A stretch of DNA of 64,000 bases from Acidimicrobiia bacterium. Lineage in GTDB: Bacteria > Actinomycetota > Acidimicrobiia > IMCC26256 > JAENVU01. Positions 60,333-64,000 of the stretch are shown here, piece by piece; position 1 is the first letter of the stretch, and every line of letters begins with the position of its first letter. The notes beneath the pieces are model-generated. The model did no database searches. It was not told the origin of the DNA and was given only the letters and a program-made list of their open reading frames with translations. The stretch spans positions 2,062 to 66,061 of the forward strand of contig JBBSAM010000022.1 in assembly GCA_038252255.1 (NCBI GenBank), written 5' to 3'. A program made the translations under genes and the position numbers.

Positions 60333-61133
60333 TTGGGCGCTCCGCTGTTCGTCGTCGACGCGTTCACCGACGCTCCGTTCGCGGGCAACCCGGCCGCGGT
60401 GTGCCTCCTCGACTCGCCGGCCGATCCTGCGTGGATGCAGGCCGTCGCGGCCGAGATGAACCTGGCCGAGACGGCGTTCGTCGTGCCGGCCGGCGCGGAG
60501 TTCGGGTTGCGCTGGTTCACGCCGGCGGTCGAGGTGCCGCTCTGCGGTCATGCGACCCTGGCCAGCGCGCATGTGCTCTGGGGCGGCTGGGTCCCGCTCG
60601 AGGTGGACGTGCGCTTTCAGACCGCGAGCGGCCGGCTCACCTGCACCCGGGCCGGGGACCTGATCGAGATGGACCTCCCGGCCGACGAGCCCGCGCCGAT
60701 TCCGACCCCGGATCCGCTCGCGGCGGCGCTCGGCGTCGCGGCGGCGGACATCGTGGAGACCGCTCAGAACCGGGTGGGCAAGATCGTTGCGGTCACCGGC
60801 GCGGCAACGGTTCGCTCGCTGGAGCCCGACTTCGGGTTGTTGCTCGAGCTGGATGCGGCCGGGGTCATCGTGACGGCGAGGTCCGACGAGCCCGAGGTGG
60901 ATTTCGTCTCCCGTTACTTCGCCCCCGCGGTGGGCATCGACGAAGACCCGGTCACCGGTGCGGCGCATTGCGCGCTCGCGCCGTTCTGGGCGGCCCGGCT
61001 CGGCCGCGACGAGCTGGTCGGCTACCAGGCCTCCGCCCGTGGTGGCACCGTCCGGTGCCGAGTTGCCGGCGACCGGGTCGTGCTCGGCGGCCACGCGGTC
61101 ACCGTGACGCGCGGCGAGCTCGTCGCTGCCTGA
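60333..61133 (+). CDS. PhzF family isomerase-like protein
   Basis: FVVDAFTD.PF.GNPAAV, MNLAETAF, RWFTP..EV.LCGHATLA and EDPVTGAAHCAL. Start TTG 60333 is tentative. Confidence 0.7.
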   Translation: MGAPLFVVDAFTDAPFAGNPAAVCLLDSPADPAWMQAVAAEMNLAETAFVVPAGAEFGLRWFTPAVEVPLCGHATLASAHVLWGGWVPLEVDVRFQTASGRLTCTRAGDLIEMDLPADEPAPIPTPDPLAAALGVAAADIVETAQNRVGKIVAVTGAATVRSLEPDFGLLLELDAAGVIVTARSDEPEVDFVSRYFAPAVGIDEDPVTGAAHCALAPFWAARLGRDELVGYQASARGGTVRCRVAGDRVVLGGHAVTVTRGELVAA

Positions 61134-61140
61134 CCGGTCG

Positions 61141-62778
61141 CTACGGGAGACCGGGGGTCGAGAACGGGTGCAGGCCACCGTAGGCGTCCACCTCGACCCC
61201 GCCGGCGCCGACGAAGAAGCTCGTCACCCCGCGCACGAGCGGCGTCGAGAACTTCGGCGCGCCGGCCGCCTCCGGGGTCGGAGCCCCGAGGAGCTGTCCC
61301 CAGGGGTGGAGACCGCCGAAGCTGTCCGCGATCCAACCGCCGGCGACCTTCCCGTCCAGCACGAACGGTGACGTCACGCCGCGGGCGATGTCGAAGCCGG
61401 GCCAGTACGGGCCACCCCGGGCCGCGGGCGGCTTCGGTCCCGCACCGATCGAGAACGGGTGCAGGCCACCGAACCCGTCGACGACGTAACCACCGCTGCC
61501 GTCCGGGAGGATCGTGACGCCGCGAGCGATGTCCCGGCCGGCCCAGTAGGGCCCGTTCGTGACGGCCGGCGGACGTGGGCTGCTGCCGATCTTGAACGAG
61601 TGCAGGCCACCGAACCCGTCGAGGACGTAGCCGCCGCTGCCGTCGGGCATGACGGCGACGCCGCGCACGATGTCCCAGCCCGGCCAGTACGGCCCACCAC
61701 TCGTCGGCGGCGGCTTCGTGCCTTGCGACCACGGGTGCAGCCCACCGAACGCGTCGACGACGTAGCCGCCGCTCTTCGTGCCGTCCTGCGCGACGCCGCG
61801 CACGATGTCCCACCCGGGCCAGTACGGACCACTCACGATCGGGCGCACGCGCACGATCTGGCTCAAGCCGTCGAGCTGGGTCCCGTGACCCGCGCCGCCG
61901 AAGAACGCGACATAGCCCGCGTCGGTGTAATACGCGCTTCCCCCGCCGCCCCCACCGGCTCCGGGTGTGAGCTGTGCATGGCTCCCGGCGCCACCCCCGC
62001 CGCCGCCCAGCACCCCGGCGCCGCCACCACCCCCGCCGATCCGGCCGCCGCCCAGCGCGCCCCAACCACCGCTGGTCGCGAACGAACCTGCCTTGCCGCC
62101 CGGTGAGCCGCCGGCACCGCGCGCGTCGAACGTGCCCTTCCTCCCGCCGGTCGCGCCACCGGTCCTGGCGTTCGTACCGGACCGGTCGCCGTCACCGCCG
62201 GCGCCGCCACCGGCGGCCCCGCCCGCGCCGCCGCCACCCGCGGCTTCGACCAGTGGCTCGTCGTTGAAGTACCAGGCGCTCATCCCGCCGCCCGCACCAC
62301 CGCTCTCACCGTTGACGATGCCCGAGCCACCGTTGCCACCGGGCCACCCGTTCGACGTCGCGCCGCCGGCCGTGGTGGTCGATCTGTCCGCGCGTGCGCT
62401 CTCACCCTTGCATCCGACCATCGGCTCGACCGTCGTGCCGACGGGCAGCACGTACGAGCCGACCGCGATCGAGCCCGCGCCGCCCTTCCGCCCGACCGCG
62501 TTGTCTCCACCATCGCCGCCGTACGCGTAGAACGTGAGGCTCGGCGCGCGGACGCGCTCGAGGCCTGACGATCCACAGTGCACGTTCTTGATCACGTACG
62601 GAGTGTCCGTGGCGAGCGCGGCCAGCGAGCTCTGCCGGAGGACTCGGCCGCGCGACACGACCCGAACCGGCCCGTGGTGACGCTCCGCGGCGCCGACCGG
62701 TGCGGCGATCAGCAGCGGGACGGCAACCACCCCGGCGATCGCGATGCGCCGCCGGTACCTGCGTGGCTCCCCGCTCAT
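61141..62778 (-). CDS. secreted glycine-rich protein fused to five GPYWPGWDI.RGV..GGYV.DGFGGLH repeats
   Basis: ATG 62778 gives MSGEPRRYRRRIAIAGVVAVPLLIAAPVGAAE, a signal or possibly Tat-like peptide. A roughly 280-aa poly-Gly-rich region follows, then a 229-aa C-terminal repeat module. Confidence 0.7.
   Translation of the reverse strand: MSGEPRRYRRRIAIAGVVAVPLLIAAPVGAAERHHGPVRVVSRGRVLRQSSLAALATDTPYVIKNVHCGSSGLERVRAPSLTFYAYGGDGGDNAVGRKGGAGSIAVGSYVLPVGTTVEPMVGCKGESARADRSTTTAGGATSNGWPGGNGGSGIVNGESGGAGGGMSAWYFNDEPLVEAAGGGGAGGAAGGGAGGDGDRSGTNARTGGATGGRKGTFDARGAGGSPGGKAGSFATSGGWGALGGGRIGGGGGGAGVLGGGGGGAGSHAQLTPGAGGGGGGSAYYTDAGYVAFFGGAGHGTQLDGLSQIVRVRPIVSGPYWPGWDIVRGVAQDGTKSGGYVVDAFGGLHPWSQGTKPPPTSGGPYWPGWDIVRGVAVMPDGSGGYVLDGFGGLHSFKIGSSPRPPAVTNGPYWAGRDIARGVTILPDGSGGYVVDGFGGLHPFSIGAGPKPPAARGGPYWPGFDIARGVTSPFVLDGKVAGGWIADSFGGLHPWGQLLGAPTPEAAGAPKFSTPLVRGVTSFFVGAGGVEVDAYGGLHPFSTPGLP
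61144..61830 (-). repeat. tandem coding repeats (about 135-141 bp period)
   Basis: Units begin with the GTGCAGGCCACCGAACCCGTCGA core on the + strand at 61459 and 61600 (23/23 identical, 141 bp apart). Diverged copies lie at 61168, 61305 and 61735. Confidence 0.8.
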
Positions 62779-62825
62779 CGTGGCCCCTTCCGCGGCTGTC
62801 CGTGCAACGTACCGCCCCGAGCCGG

Positions 62826-64000
62826 CTACCACGCCGCTTCGGCCAGCGACTCTGCCATCGCCGGGTGCACCAGGAGCGAGTCGACGATGTCGGCCACCTT
62901 CAGGCCGTTCGTGACCGCGACCGCGATCACGGAGATCAGCTCGGCCGCGTTGCGCCCGACGATCGATCCGCCGAGCACGACGCCAGTCGCCGGGTCCGAG
63001 ATGATCTTCACGAAGCCGCGCGCGTCGCCCACGATGAGCGCCTTCGCGTTGGCCGAGAACGGAACCTTGGTCACGCGGATCTTGCGCCCCGAGGCGAACG
63101 CCTCGGCCTCGGCCAACCCGACGTCCGCGATCTCGGGCTCGGTGAAGATCGCCGACGACGCCTTCTCGTAGTCGAGGTGGCGGTGCGCCCGGGCGTGCAT
63201 CCCCATCAGGTGCTCGGCGATCTTGCGGCCCTGCATCGCCGCGACCGAGGACAACGGGAGCTTCCCCGAGAGGTCACCGGCGGCGTAGACGTTGCCGGCG
63301 GTGGTGAGGCAGTTGTGGTTCACCACCACGTAGCCGGAGCCGTCCACCTCGATGCCCACCTCCTCGAGGCCCAGGCCTTCGGAGTTCGGGACGGAGCCGA
63401 TCGCCAGCACCACATGCGACGCGTCGACGCTGCGGCCGTCGTCACACGACACGAGCACCCGGCCGCCTTCCCGGGTCGCCGACTTCGCGCGCGCGCCCTT
63501 CAGCAGCTTCACTCCGCGCGACAGGAACTCGTCCTCGAGCACCGCCGCGACCTCCGCGTCCTTCAACGGAAGCACCTGCTGGCGCGACACGACCAACGAC
63601 ACCTGCGAACCGAGCGCGCTGAACATGTGCGTGAACTCCACGCCGGTGACCCCGGAGCCGATCACGCACAGGTGGTCGGGAATCTCCGCCGGGGGGTACG
63701 CCTCGCGGGTCGTGAGGATCCGCTCGCCGTCGACCACGGCCCAGTCGGGGATGCGCGGGCGCGAACCCGTGGCGAGCACGACGAAGTCGGCTTCGAGGTG
63801 CTCGGTGCCGGTATCGGTGGTGGCGACGACTTCGTGCGGACCGGCGAGCCTGCCGGTGCCGCGCAGCATTCGGACGCCTTGCGACGCGAGCAGGGTGCAC
63901 AGCTGTGTGTTGAGGTGGCCCTCGATGGATGCGACCCGCTCGCGCAGCGCGTCGACGTCGAGCCGGCCTTCCGCGACGAGACCCATCGACCTGGCGCGGG
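62826..64000 (-). CDS. FAD-dependent pyridine nucleotide-disulfide oxidoreductase (LpdA / dihydrolipoyl dehydrogenase-like), 5' end outside window
   Basis: It has the NAD-binding GSGVTGVEF, ATGSRP, AAGD, and the C-terminal dimerisation domain (..AIFTEPEIA.VG...HP...E.L.EAA). The ORF is open to the window edge. Confidence 0.75.
   Translation of the reverse strand, partial: RARSMGLVAEGRLDVDALRERVASIEGHLNTQLCTLLASQGVRMLRGTGRLAGPHEVVATTDTGTEHLEADFVVLATGSRPRIPDWAVVDGERILTTREAYPPAEIPDHLCVIGSGVTGVEFTHMFSALGSQVSLVVSRQQVLPLKDAEVAAVLEDEFLSRGVKLLKGARAKSATREGGRVLVSCDDGRSVDASHVVLAIGSVPNSEGLGLEEVGIEVDGSGYVVVNHNCLTTAGNVYAAGDLSGKLPLSSVAAMQGRKIAEHLMGMHARAHRHLDYEKASSAIFTEPEIADVGLAEAEAFASGRKIRVTKVPFSANAKALIVGDARGFVKIISDPATGVVLGGSIVGRNAAELISVIAVAVTNGLKVADIVDSLLVHPAMAESLAEAAW

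Noticed and set aside
61967-62530. A proline-rich 187-codon ORF (PPPPPSTPAPPPPPP...) and neighbouring Arg/Pro-rich ORFs on the + strand.
   Set aside because: They are the antisense image of the glycine-rich (GGN codon) coding region of 61141..62778. That gene has a signal peptide, an SD and a conserved C-terminal repeat module.

Overview
This is a high-GC (about 70%) chromosomal segment that looks actinobacterial. Actinobacteria-typical families present include a mycothiol-type DinB enzyme, F420 genes cofD/cofE, DUF3052, DUF5719 and an LCP ligase. I support about 60 protein-coding genes on both strands. I recognised no rRNA, tRNA or CRISPR array.

Gene order:
- PPK2 fragment, two tandem double-hotdog thioesterases and a PlsC-type acyltransferase.
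- Assorted oxidoreductases and an ABC-2 exporter.
- A secreted CAP-domain protein carrying a C-terminal repeat module.
- Redox and detoxification genes (MDR, SDR, SMP-30, pirin, TesB-like, LLM/F420, TetR, DinB).
- SRAP, DUF3052, MFS and peroxiredoxin.
- The conserved block ftsX-ftsE-prfB-secA-hpf-comF, followed by ahcY.
- Mannose activation genes (cupin, SIS PGI/PMI, Trm112, PMM).
- An 847-aa polytopic membrane protein, then a CPBP protease and ftsH.
- A GT2-polytopic / DUF5719 / thioredoxin-like operon.
- cofD, cofE and a separate nitroreductase.
- A ten-gene minus-strand envelope glycan block: LCP, rmlB, ugd, uxs, two GT2, a His-motif membrane protein, manC and an epimerase. Five of its nine junctions are 13 nt or less or overlap.
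- pabB-pabC, birA divergent from accA, PhzF, a secreted glycine-rich protein with the same repeat module, and a partial LpdA-like flavoprotein.

Most long ORFs in the supplied track that run antisense to these genes are high-GC artefacts (Arg/Pro/Gly-rich). Many track ORFs also carry spurious N-terminal extensions, which I trimmed.

Most notable observations:
1. A 937-bp element with 17-nt terminal inverted repeats and an 8-bp target-site duplication sits in the ahcY leader. It holds only a transposase HTH remnant and a small Cys-motif ORF.
2. A roughly 47-aa repeat module (likely beta-propeller) is shared by two otherwise unrelated secreted proteins. Adjacent units keep identical 23-nt cores 141 bp apart at the DNA level.
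3. Two uncharacterised envelope systems are present: the GT2-polytopic/DUF5719/Trx operon and an STT3-like-architecture membrane protein next to the mannose activation genes.
4. Two small ORFs deserve attention: a 56-aa zinc-ribbon ORF below the track cutoff, and an FlgM-like ORF between comF and hpf.

All family assignments rest on motif recognition by eye. No database search was run.
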